Of a stretch of DNA of 64,000 nt, positions 13,230 to 24,837 are shown one piece after another; the first letter of the stretch is position 1, and each line of letters begins with the position of its first letter. Both the position numbers and the translations under genes were made by a program. Below the pieces are notes generated by a model that did not search any database, was not told the origin of the DNA, and saw only the letters and a program-made list of their open reading frames with translations. The DNA lies in assembly GCA_965237955.1 (NCBI GenBank), contig OZ250169.1, positions 7,840,001 through 7,904,000 of the forward strand. Direction: 5' to 3'. Source of the stretch: Candidatus Marinacidobacterales bacterium. GTDB taxonomy: Bacteria; Acidobacteriota; Vicinamibacteria; Marinacidobacterales; SMYC01.

Positions 13230-13699
13230 CCGTCTACATATTCGATAGTAGCAGTTTTCGGGTGCTAAACCACTACTTTCCAGAGAGGTTCCCCACGTTT
13301 TGGACAAAGTTCGACGAGGCGACGTCCGGGGGAACAATTGTCTCGGTTCGCGAAGTAAGAAGGGAACTGGATCGACAGGTCGTGAGCCAGCATGTGAAAG
13401 ATTGGATCAAGGCAAACAAGTCGATTTTCCACACACCCAACGGCGCGGAAACGGATTTCGTCAAGGATATATTCGCAGTCCCTCACTTCCAATATCTCGT
13501 CAAGAAAGAGCAGACGTTGCGCGGTAGGCCGGTAGCGGATCCATTTGTCATCGCTGCAGCCAAGGTCAGAAACGGTGTGGCAGTGACAGAGGAAGCAATG
13601 AAGAAGAACGCGGCGAAGATCCCAAATGTTTGTGCCCATTTCGGAATCGAGTGTACTGACGCCGAAGGATTCATGGAGCAGCAGGGTTGGTCGTTCTGA
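13226..13699 (+). CDS. DUF4411 PIN-domain protein (start codon anomalous)
   Basis: YIFDSS, ADPFVIAAA, VTEE, KIPNVC motifs; the frame extends upstream of the called GTG at 13262. Confidence 0.85.
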   Translation, partial: VTVYIFDSSSFRVLNHYFPERFPTFWTKFDEATSGGTIVSVREVRRELDRQVVSQHVKDWIKANKSIFHTPNGAETDFVKDIFAVPHFQYLVKKEQTLRGRPVADPFVIAAAKVRNGVAVTEEAMKKNAAKIPNVCAHFGIECTDAEGFMEQQGWSF

Positions 13700-13977
13700 C
13701 GGACGGCCAGCTGCGCTACGCGCGACTGGCTGAGGATTTATGTTTCCAATGCTCGAGTGTCGTTGAGTGCCAGCAGGCCCTCTGCCCGCAGACGCGCTAT
13801 CCACCCCGTCCTGTGCCAAAACTCGGCCCTTTTGAAATAGACCACAAATCAGCAACTTAGACGCCCTTGGAATCCGCCGACCCTTGGGCTGCGTGGCGAG
13901 CTACGGCCAGTGAACTTCGCACCCGGAAGTCCTTTATTAGACTGGACTTTATCGAGCACAAGAGCGAACGTTCGGGG

Positions 13978-14360
13978 ATGCCGCCAGGATACAGGGGTTG
14001 GCCGGAACGTCGTTTTGGACGGTTTGGACTTCGCCAGCTTACGGCGGGTCTGGGAGCAGACCTTTGGGGCTGCTCCTCCAAGCTCGCTCTCGCGTGTTTT
14101 CCTGCGCCGCGTTCTCTTGCACGAACGCCAGTGCCGGACCCATGGCGGGCTTTCGGCCGCAACCCGGCGCGCTCTGGCTGCCATGGCGAACGAGACACCA
14201 AGCTCCGGCGCTCCCGCAGGGTCCGTTTCTGCCGGCACCCATCTCGTCCGCGAGTGGAATGGCCGGACCTACCAGGTCGAGGTAGTCGACAACGGCTATC
14301 GGTTCGATGGCAAAACCTATCCGTCCCTCACTACCATCGCAAAGCGAATCACCGGCACCC
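13978..14360 (+). pseudogene. DUF2924 copy, frameshifted and truncated
   Basis: Near-identical to the 56073 copy; extra C after the start; ends at repeat tip 14361. Confidence 0.85.
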
Positions 14361-14912
14361 CGTCCTGTGCCAAAACTCGGCTGTGCCTTCTATTTATTCA
14401 TCCGCGCGCCCCGACCTTGATCGGTCTCCGGTCTGCCGGGACGATGCCTACATGATTTCGTCGTTTGTTCGCGCTCGGCCCTTGGCACGGCCGCAAACAC
14501 AGACACTAAGCTACTGATTTATGCTCTATTTCAAAAGGGCCGAGTTTTGGCACAGGACGGGGTAGCCGAAGCACGGCTCTTGACCCCGTCCTGTGCCAAA
14601 ACTCGGCCCTTTTGAAATAGGCCATAAATCAGCAACTTAGTGTCTGTGTTTGCGACCGGGCCAAGGGCCGTGGGCTTTACAATCGTCTTGGGCGGGCGGG
14701 TCGTCACCATGCAGATGACCACCTAGTCGAGAGCGAATATCGAAGCGTGTTCCTGAAGCGGTTTCCACGCTACGCCGGTCGAGCCCGCCGAGGGGCTACC
14801 GTCGCCGGCGACCATCTACGCGGCACGGCAGTAGTAGTTGAGAATGCCCCCAAGTCGCTCTCGCGACACGATGGGGCCAGCGTTATTCGCGCTTGCCGGC
14901 AGAGGTGTGATG

Positions 14913-16224
<1,312 letters not shown>

Positions 16225-16712
16225 GTGGAGTTCAAGATGAGCTTGCTGGCGGGAGTCCAGGGAGACTTGCTCGCCATTGGAGAACTCGTACGTAAGGGAC
16301 GTACGCTGGACGCCTGCCGGCTCGAGGTCGTCGAGGGCAGCGACCGTGTGGTGGCGATCGGGCTTGCCACTTACGCCCTCCAGGCCGGTTAGCTATCTGC
16401 ACCCGTTTGTTGCAGCCCCAGCCGTGGATCGCGTCGTGTCCAAAAACACAAACGATAGCGGCCTGTTGGTCACGCTGGAGCCAGCCAGCGATGGCGACGA
16501 CCAACAAGGTTCAGGGCTGGCTCTGCCTCCTCATGACCGAGGATTCTAGCTTCCATTGGCCAACCAAGCCTCAGACGTCTCTGATCCGAAACGTCCCGGC
16601 GCGCCAGTCTTGAGTTCGTTTGTGTTTTTGGACAGAAGGCGCATGAGTATTTTGATCTCACGAGGACCGCGGCCCTTCAGACAAAGTAGTCCCTCAAGAG
16701 CGGAGGCGACCC

Positions 16713-16990
16713 ATGTACGGGAGGGAGAAACGAGTGTTGCTGCGAGAGCATTTGCAGGAGGGATTGACGAAGGCAGCCCTGGCAGACAAGCTGAGAATAA
16801 GCCGCTTGCATACCCGGTCTTCGAGGCAATCGACGTCAGCGACGCCCATTGCGATTCGTACTCGTCCCGATGCTCCAACACCATCCCGACGGCACGCTCA
16901 CGAACTTCTGAAGAATATCACGTTGATCTTCCCATAATGACTCCCATCCTCTCAAGAAATAGAGCCTCCGGAAAACCCGGAGCGGATCAC
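16713..16990. pseudogene. IS remnants: IstA-like (IS21) N-terminus on +, IS3 left end/orfA fragment on -
   Basis: MYGREKRVLLREHL..G HTH start; TCCGGAAAACCCGGAGCGGATCA resembles the IS3 TIR. Confidence 0.6.
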
Positions 16991-17032
16991 CGGGCGCGGT
17001 ACAATGTACGCATGAGTATTTCGACAAAAGTA

Positions 17033-18117
17033 GGCGTTGTTGCACCGCTCTGGCTGAGAGCGAAATCCGCCTATGGTGGTGGCCGAGGTATGTTCGAGCA
17101 TGAAGTATCCCAAGCGCTGCCAGTACAAGCACGCGAAGCAGAAGAAGTACCACGTTCGCAACTGGGCGGAATACAACGAAGGGCTGCGCCGCCGGGGCGA
17201 TTTGACAGTCTGGTTTGACGAGGAGGCAATCGCGAACTGGAAGGCCGACAAGACCGGTAAGCCTGGCGGTCAACGGGTCTATTCAGACATGGCGATTGAA
17301 ACGGGCCTGGTTGTCCGGATGGTGTACAAGCTCGCCTACCGACAAACCGAAGGCTTCTTGCACTCGATCGCCTCGCTTCTCGGGCTCGGTATCGAGATCC
17401 CGGACTACTCGACGTTGTGTCGGCGCTCGAGGTTGCTCCGCAAGAAGCTGCGGATTCCGAAAGCCGCGAGCACTCAACCCATCCACCTGATGATCGATAA
17501 CACGGGCTTGAGGATTCATGTTGGAAACGCTCGCAAACCGCCAAAGCAGCGCGCATGGCGCAAGTTGCACATCGCCGTTGATCGCGAGACAGGGAACATT
17601 GTTGCGTCCGAACTGACGGCGTCACGAGCTCGCGACGCAACCCGAGTCCCCGCTTTGCTAACACAGATTCAAGCACCTCTAGTGTCGGTGGCGGCGGACA
17701 GTGCATACGACAAGGAAGCGGCCTACGAAGCCATCGAAGCGCACAGTCCTGGACGAAGGACGCGCGTGGTGATTCCGCCGCAACGAAACGCGACGCTCAG
17801 TCAGAATTCGAACACCGCCATGCAGGAGCGCGATCGCCATATTCGTGCAATCGAAAGACACGGCCGACGTGAATGGTACAAGCTCTCAGGCTACACCAAG
17901 CGAAGCATGGTGGAGAACGCGGTCTATCGTTACAAGGCGATCATCGGGCCGGAGATGCGGGCTCGAACGTTGGCGAGGCAACGAGTTGAACACCGAATTG
18001 GGTGCGAGATACTCAACAAGATGGCTGCGCTCGGGATGCCCGATACGTACTGCGCCGGGTGACTCTGCAACCGGCACAGGGAGGTCAGCGATTTGCTCCG
18101 GGCCGTGCAACAACGCC
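17033..18117 (+). mobile_element. IS903-group copy 2 (transposase 17073-18062)
   Basis: Same TIRs, near-identical to copy 1. Confidence 0.93.
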
Positions 18118-18151
18118 TCTTCGACATCAGATTCGGTGAATCGGGAAGGGC

Positions 18152-20356
18152 TCATGAGTCCCTGCGGGCGTCGAAATCGCGAAGGGATTGTTCCGCTTGG
18201 GCCACTATCTTTGCATTGCCACCTTTCCTTGCCAGTTCGCGCGCGATCTCGAAGTCCTCCCGCGCCTCGTCGTTGAGACCCAATGCAGCCTTCGCGGTGC
18301 CCCGTTTGCAATAGGCTTCGGCGTAGTCCGGATTCAGGCGGACCGCCCCGTCATAGTCGGTGATGGCGTCCTCATTCTGTTCCAGTGTTGCCTTTAGGAA
18401 GCCCCGGAGAAACCAGACTTCAGGCAGTTCCGGATTCAGGCGGACCGCTTCGTTGTAATCGGCGATGGCGTCTTCATGCTGGTATAGTGCTGCCTTCGTA
18501 TTGCCCCGGTTGAGGTAGGCTCCGGCATAGTTCGGATTCAGGCGGATCGCTTCGTTGTAATCGGCGATGGCGTCTTCATGCTGGTATAGTGCTGCCTTCG
18601 TATTGCCCCGGTTGAGGTAGGCTCCGGCATAGTTCGGATTCAGGCGGATCGCTTCGTTGTAATCGGCGATGGCATGTTCGTGCCGGTTCAGTACTGCTTT
18701 TACACCGCCCCGGTTGTTGTAAGCTATGGCATAGTCCGGATTCAGACGGATCGCTTCGTTGTAATCGGCGATGGCGTCTTCATGCTGGTTCAGTGCTGCC
18801 TTCGTATTGCCCCGGTTGAGGTAGGCTTCGGCATCGTTCAGATCCAGGCGGATCGCTTCGTTGTAATCGGCGATGGCATGTTCGTGCCGGTTCACTGCTG
18901 CTTTTACGAAGCCCCGGGCGTGGTAGGCTTCGGCATAGTCTGGATCTAGGCGGATCGCTTGGTCGTAATCGGTGAGGGCATCTTCATGCCGGTTCAGTTC
19001 TGCCTTTCCATTACCCCGGCTGATGTAGGCTAAAGGATAGTCTGGTTTCAGCTGGATCGCTTGGTCGTAATCGGTGAAAGCGCCCTCATGCTGGTTCAGT
19101 GCTCTCTTCGTGTTGCCCCGGTTGTTGTAGGCTCTGGCATCTTTCGGATTTAGGCGAATCGCTTGGTCGTAATCGGCGATGGCGTCTTCATGCTGGTTCA
19201 GTGCTGCCTTTCCAGTACCCCGATTGAGGTAGGCTTCGGCATAGTCCGGATTCAGGCGGATCGCTTCGTTGTAATCGGCGATGGCGTCTTCATGCCGGTT
19301 TAGTGCAGCCTTTTCAATGCCTCGGTTGTTGTAGACTACGGCATCGTCCGGTTTCAGCTGGAGCGCTTGGTCAAAATCGGCGATGGCGTCTTCATGCTGG
19401 TTTAGTGCAGCCTTTTCAATGCCTCGGTTGTTGTAGACTACGGCATCGTCCGGTTTCAGCTGGAGCGCTTGGTCAAAATCGGCGATGGCGTCTTCATGCT
19501 GGTTCAGTGCTGCTTTTCCAGCACCCCGGTTGTTGTAGGTGTCATAGGCCGGTTCCAGGCGGAGCGCTTGGTCATAGGCCGATACACTGCCTTTCGGGTC
19601 TTTGTCCTGAAGCAGATAACCGATTGAAAACCAAGCTCTGGCGGCGAGAGCGTGATCTCCTTCTTCTGCGATGTGGACGATGGCACGCCATTTCTCAATG
19701 GCATCGTCTCGGTTGCCTTCCTGCTGGAGAGAAATAGCGTGAGCAATTGCCTTATCTATCAGTGATGCTTCAGGATTTTCACGGACACTTTCAACGGCCT
19801 GATTCGCTTCTTCAGGGTTATCCGCAGCAGTCTCGGCATTCATGCGCCGGATGATCTCGTTGGATTTATAGCGGTTCCCCTCAATTTCTCTTACGTAGCG
19901 CTCAGCGGCTACGGTATGCTCGGCGGCGGTCTTGACACTATTTTTCGCCTCACTTTCGATTTCTCGGAATCGACTGAAACCTATATAACCGCCCAGGACA
20001 ACGACGATGGCAAAGAATCCAAGGACCACGGTCAGGGCAGCCAGCCACCAGTCGACGGTGCCCGCCCGATCATCTAGAAGTTCACTTCGGAGTTCGTTGA
20101 TGTAGCGCTGGATTTCGACTTCGATTGCGGGAGACATCGTCGGTCCGGCGGGCGAACCGGGTTGCCCAGACGCGTCGTCATCCGTGCTGTTCTCGTCGTC
20201 CGTTGACCTGGCGTTGACTTCCGCTCCCTCGGACTCTACAGGAACGCTTTCAATGGTGGATTCGGTTGTTTGTGCCAACGAAACCATCGGAACAGCCCCC
20301 GCCATTGCAGCAACGACAAGCCCAAGCCGAGTTCGGGCCGTAACCCACCGAATCAT
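18152..20356 (-). CDS. Membrane-anchored TPR protein (~14 repeats)
   Basis: 34-aa repeats AYxNRG..AIADYxxAIRLNP; TM segment WWLAALTVVLGFF. The first residues of the track ORF come from the repeat end. Confidence 0.92.
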   Translation of the reverse strand: MIRWVTARTRLGLVVAAMAGAVPMVSLAQTTESTIESVPVESEGAEVNARSTDDENSTDDDASGQPGSPAGPTMSPAIEVEIQRYINELRSELLDDRAGTVDWWLAALTVVLGFFAIVVVLGGYIGFSRFREIESEAKNSVKTAAEHTVAAERYVREIEGNRYKSNEIIRRMNAETAADNPEEANQAVESVRENPEASLIDKAIAHAISLQQEGNRDDAIEKWRAIVHIAEEGDHALAARAWFSIGYLLQDKDPKGSVSAYDQALRLEPAYDTYNNRGAGKAALNQHEDAIADFDQALQLKPDDAVVYNNRGIEKAALNQHEDAIADFDQALQLKPDDAVVYNNRGIEKAALNRHEDAIADYNEAIRLNPDYAEAYLNRGTGKAALNQHEDAIADYDQAIRLNPKDARAYNNRGNTKRALNQHEGAFTDYDQAIQLKPDYPLAYISRGNGKAELNRHEDALTDYDQAIRLDPDYAEAYHARGFVKAAVNRHEHAIADYNEAIRLDLNDAEAYLNRGNTKAALNQHEDAIADYNEAIRLNPDYAIAYNNRGGVKAVLNRHEHAIADYNEAIRLNPNYAGAYLNRGNTKAALYQHEDAIADYNEAIRLNPNYAGAYLNRGNTKAALYQHEDAIADYNEAVRLNPELPEVWFLRGFLKATLEQNEDAITDYDGAVRLNPDYAEAYCKRGTAKAALGLNDEAREDFEIARELARKGGNAKIVAQAEQSLRDFDARRDS

Positions 20357-21271
20357 CTCGCTTCCCGTCCTGTGCCAAAACTCGGCTCGTTTGAAATAGA
20401 CCATAATCTATACCCAGACATCACACGGTGGAAATCTATCAATAACAGAGCAGAATACGAACGCAGGTACCCCGTCGTGTCCAAAAACACAAACGAACTC
20501 AAGACCCGCGATTCCAAATACTTGTAAGCAGGCGCTTCTGCACACGGGCGCCGCGACCTCGGCCGGCGCGCCCAGCACGAGACCAGGGTCAGCGGGTTGC
20601 GGTCCCTGTCGGGCGATGCGAGGTCGGTTGCGTGTCCTTCATCATCATTATAGTCGGCACCCTGGGCATCAGCGGGGGAACCGTCCGGCGCAGCGGGCTT
20701 CTGGTCAGGCTCCATCGTTGTCCTCCGCTGCGACCTGCCCGGCATTCCGTCGTGTCCAAAAATACAAACGAACTCAAGACCGGCGCGCCGGGATTTTTCG
20801 GATGAGAGGTTGTGAGGTCGGAATACTCATGCGGCTTTCCGATGATAGAAACGTAGCAACCCGCCAAGCCGTTCAAGGGAGCGGACCTTGCGCTCGGACT
20901 GAGGTAACTGGTCGCTGTCTGGGAACAGCAGCAGATCCTCCTTGCCTTGATGATTCCTCTCGTGGTGATGGTAGACAACGTACTCCCTAAGTGCATGACG
21001 GATTCAAGCGGCCCTTGAAAAGGTGCAAACTGCTGACCCGCTGGGTGTTCGAGTATTTTGACTAGACGGGTATCTTCCACGGCGCGAGCCTCGACTGGAT
21101 TCAGGAAGGGACGGTGCACAACCGGAACCGGTGGCACAACCTCAAGTACTACACCTGGGTCGAGCAGCAGGGAAAGAGTGTCGAGGAGCTCGATGCCCAG
21201 CGCAATCCGGAGTGGTGGCTTGCGCACCAGGCGAGAGTCAAAGAGCTCGACGAAGGAATCCTCTCGCTGCG

Positions 21272-22606
21272 TTAGCCGGCAAAGCCCAAGAGCTTCGGCA
21301 AATTCTCCGTGACGGCGCGCTCCGCCTCCTCTTGGCGCGGCGCGAGTGCAACCACGTCGAGCTTGCCGGAACGCTCGAGCGGCCCGACGTTGTAGAAGAT
21401 GAACCGACCCCTGCGCTCCGCGGGATCGTAGAGCTCGTCCCCCGCCAATTGCAGAATCTCGGCGAATCTCGCTCCCACGAGCTTCTCGTGCACGAAATCC
21501 TGCGCGCGATAGGGAGGACGATGCCGGGACGTGAGCCTGTCGACGAGAGCCATGGGTATGCTCGTTCCACCCCAACGCCCGTTGCACTCGGTAAATCGGA
21601 TGACGTCCTCGTCGAGAACGAGGAAATCGAACGAGCAACGCCCCACGTAGCCGATCTCCTGAAGTGCGCCGGCTACGGCGAGACTCGCCTTCGAAAGCCG
21701 CGCGTCGATGGACGGGCCAAGGCCCGACGGACGGCTTCCCACGAAAACCTTCTCCTCACCTTCCAGGATCTGCTCGTAGATGCCCTCGACGAGGGGCGCG
21801 CCCTTGCCTCGCGGCGGAATCCAGGTTTGCGTCGACGGCGACCGCTCCGTATCTTCCCAGGCAACGGCGAGCACCTCCTCCTTTCCGTCCCACTCGGTGC
21901 GCTCGAGAAACTCTCGGACGATATGAACGACCTCCTCTTCGTCCCGACCGCGCAACTGACGGGCGTCGAAGACCTGGTTGCCCATTCCCGAGGCACAACA
22001 GCTACGCTTGAGACCAACCCTTTGGTGGTCGGAGGCGAGCCGCGAGAGGTTGCGGGCAATGGCCTCGGCTGAGCCCGCAAACAACGTCGGTCCGATCCAC
22101 TCTCGACCGAGGACACTCGCTACGAGCTCTGTGAAGCGCTTCTTGTCGTTCGCGATCCAGGTCACGGGCGGCGGGGGTCCGATGACGCGCACCGATGCCT
22201 GGGCGTCTCGCGCCAGACGAGCGGCAAGCTCCCAGACGGGATCGATACTCATGTAGGGATGTAGAAGCACCTCGCCCGCGTCCCTCGCCCAGGCCGCGAT
22301 CCTTTCGTACGCGCTGCCGCTGGAGCAGGCTCGAGCTACCTCGATCGGCTCGCCCACCGGATCGGCGAGCACGAGCCCCGGGCGTCCGAGACCCAGGATC
22401 TTCCGGCAGTACTCCTCGTAATCTTCCGTCGGTGGAGTCACCGTCGCAAAGAGATCGCCGTCTCCGGCGCGGGTTCGCGCGCGGTGCTGATAGGCCTCGA
22501 CGCCAGCGATATTGACGAGAAAGGGGATCGCGGAAACGTCGTCGAGGTAGAGCGTAGGGAGCCCTCGGTCGCCCGTCCATAGGTGGGCTTCGAGCTCGTT
22601 CGGCAT
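21272..22606 (-). CDS. ATP-grasp-like (preATP-grasp/peptide ligase-like) protein
   Basis: ASGMGN, GYVGRCSFDF, FTECNGRWGG. Confidence 0.7.
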   Translation of the reverse strand: MPNELEAHLWTGDRGLPTLYLDDVSAIPFLVNIAGVEAYQHRARTRAGDGDLFATVTPPTEDYEEYCRKILGLGRPGLVLADPVGEPIEVARACSSGSAYERIAAWARDAGEVLLHPYMSIDPVWELAARLARDAQASVRVIGPPPPVTWIANDKKRFTELVASVLGREWIGPTLFAGSAEAIARNLSRLASDHQRVGLKRSCCASGMGNQVFDARQLRGRDEEEVVHIVREFLERTEWDGKEEVLAVAWEDTERSPSTQTWIPPRGKGAPLVEGIYEQILEGEEKVFVGSRPSGLGPSIDARLSKASLAVAGALQEIGYVGRCSFDFLVLDEDVIRFTECNGRWGGTSIPMALVDRLTSRHRPPYRAQDFVHEKLVGARFAEILQLAGDELYDPAERRGRFIFYNVGPLERSGKLDVVALAPRQEEAERAVTENLPKLLGFAG

Positions 22607-22626
22607 GAGGCTACAATCCTAGCACC

Positions 22627-22860
22627 ATGCAAAGATTCGCCCTGTACCTTCAGGACAAACACCAGCTTTCCGACTGCATCCGCTATGCGAAATATGCGGA
22701 AGAAAACGGATTCGAAGCCGTCTGGCAGGCGGAGAGCCCGACGAGCTCGTCCTCGGGATCACCGCGACGGGAACCCTGCGGAAGAGCACAAGCGGGTTCA
22801 GGAGTACATCGCCCGAGGATGCACCTGCCCCGTGCTCTACCCACTGGGCGACCCTTATTT
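22627..22860 (+). pseudogene. LLM-class flavin oxidoreductase, internally deleted
   Basis: N-terminus [15 protein letters not shown] joined out of frame to the C-terminal [18 protein letters not shown]. Confidence 0.7.
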
Positions 22861-22912
22861 AAGGGTCTACGCGGATTCGTGTGGGCTGAAGACGGCATTT
22901 CTGGGTAATGTT

Positions 22913-23070
22913 AGAGGTGTCTAGGCTTGGTTGGCAATGGAAGCTCAAAGCCTGACAATCATTGGGATTCCTGTGGGTGCTTCCGCCATCAAGAGGTGTC
23001 TAGGCTTGGTTGGCAATGGAAGCTCAAAGCCTGACAATCATTGGGATTCCTGTGGGTGCTTCCGCCATCA
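22913..23070 (+). repeat. 79-bp tandem duplication
   Basis: 22913-22991 = 22992-23070. Confidence 0.95.
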
Positions 23071-23074
23071 AGTG

Positions 23075-24499
23075 ATGGAATGGACTCCTCCGCTGACATA
23101 GACGGCATCGATGTGCCAAAGTCAGTCGAATACGCATCGAAAAGGAGGAGTCCGAATGAAAGATACGACGATCGCTGTGGATCTTGCAAAGAACGTCTTC
23201 GAGATTGCCATCTCGGGAGAAGCGGGGAAGGTGTCCAAGCAACTCCGTGTGAGTCGACCCAAGTTGGTGTCGTTTTTTGCCAAACAGAGCGCTGCCACCG
23301 TGCTTCTCGAAGCCTGCGGCTCTGCTCACTTCTGGGCAAGGACGTTCCGAAGGTTGGGACACGACGTCGTCCTGCTCCCACCTCACCTCGTGAGGCCCTA
23401 TCGACGCGGGAGCAAGAACGACCGCGCCGACGCCAAAGCGTTGCTCGAGGCCTACAGGAACGAGGAGATTCTTCCCGTGCCCATTAAGTCCGTGCACCAG
23501 CACAGCCTCGCCGCGCTCCATCGCCTGCGCTCAGGATGGCTCTCCACACGGACCGCACGCATCAATGCCGTACGCGGGATCCTGCGCGAACTCGGATTCA
23601 TCATCCCAAAGGGCGCTCACTTCGTCGTGCCCGCCCTCTTCGAACTCGTCGAAGACGCTGATTCTGATTTGCCCGACGTGCTCCGTTCGCATCTCCGTGA
23701 TGCCTGCTCCGAGATTCGAGAACTCAAGGACAAGTGCGCTGGCATCGAGCACGAGCTCAAGGCGCTCACCAAGCAGCTTCCTGAAGTCCAACGACTTCTC
23801 GCCATTCCCGGCATCGGACTTCTGACCGCGACCGCCATCGTGGGCTTCGTCGGCGATCTTCGCCGCTTCCCATCGGGGCGCCGCTTCTCGAGCTACCTCG
23901 GCCTAGTTCCCAAGGAAAACTCCAGTGGCGACATTCGCCGCCTCGGACGCATCACCAAGCGTGGCGACTCCTACCTCCGTATGCTCCTCACCCAGGGCGG
24001 GCGCGCCGTGCTCCGCGCGGCGAACGTCAGTAAGAGCCCGCCCGACAAGCTCCGCGCCTGGGCTCGGAAGGTCCACCGCTCGCGGGGACACAACAAGGCC
24101 GTGATTGCTGTCGCCAACAAACTCGCCCGGATCGTCTGGGCCGTCTCCACCCGCGAGAGTGAATTCCAGTCGCCGATGGCCGCTTAGACTTAGAGGCTCC
24201 ACTTTCGTGTTTTCCTTTTTCCCTTCCAAAAGAGGCTGCGACGATACCCATCCAACTGATGGCGTACCGGTCGGACCGGCGCGGGGTCAAGCCGATAGCA
24301 ACACTGGCCCTAAGAGGTCGTTCAAAGTGATTGGCTCCTCGCGCGCGGATTTTCCATCATGGCCCGGAGCACCCAAGACGCTCCTCACTGAGGCCGAAGA
24401 TACGTTTGCAGTCTGACCCACTCGTCACGACGCGATGGATGCGCAGCTTCGATGGAAGATTTATTAAGAAAGGGGCTTGACTAGAGGAGTCCAGATATG
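23075..24499 (+). mobile_element. IS110 family, IS1111 type, copy 1 (transposase 23156-24187)
   Basis: DEDD motifs VDLAK/LEAC/KNDRADA and PKENSSG serine; subterminal IR TGGACTCCTC/GAGGAGTCCA; ~310-bp 3' NCR. Confidence 0.95.
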
Positions 24500-24837
24500 A
24501 ATTCCAGTCGCCGATGGCCGCTTAGACTTAGAGGCTCCACTTTCGTGTTTTCCTTTTTCCCTTCCAAAAGAGGCTGCGACGATACCCATCCAACTGATGG
24601 CGTACCGGTCGGACCGGCGCGGGGTCAAGCCGATAGCAACACTGGCCCTAAGAGGTCGTTCAAAGTGATTGGCTCCTCGCGCGCGGATTTTCCATCATGG
24701 CCCGGAGCACCCAAGACGCTCCTCACTGAGGCCGAAGATACGTTTGCAGTCTGACCCACTCGTCACGACGCGATGGATGCGCAGCTTCGATGGAAGATTT
24801 ATTAAGAAAGGGGCTTGACTAGAGGAGTCCAGATATG
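24162..24837 (+). repeat. 338-bp tandem duplication of the IS110 3' end and NCR
   Basis: 24162-24499 = 24500-24837. Confidence 0.95.
24230..24420 (+). ncRNA. Putative bridge/seek RNA in the IS1111 3' NCR (boundaries approximate; also at ~24568-24758 and in copy 2)
   Basis: Segments match the target (TCAAG 24287-24291, TAGCAACACT 24296-24305) and the donor junction (TTCCATCAT 24352-24360, AGATA 24398-24402). Confidence 0.8.

Noticed and set aside
16225-16430. PaaI-like thioesterase gene
   Set aside because: Only a short internal fragment (VEFKMSLL...LVRKGRT) with no start; too degraded to list as a gene.
20357-20404. Shared peptides [13 protein letters not shown] / VLCQNSA / RPVPKLG / [11 protein letters not shown] in many ORFs as a protein domain
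   Set aside because: They are translations of the IS end in different frames.
24257-24264. TGATGGCG in the IS110 NCR as an extra target guide
   Set aside because: It is complementary to the IS1 IR, but it resembles the scaffold start common to IS1111 NCRs and may be coincidental.
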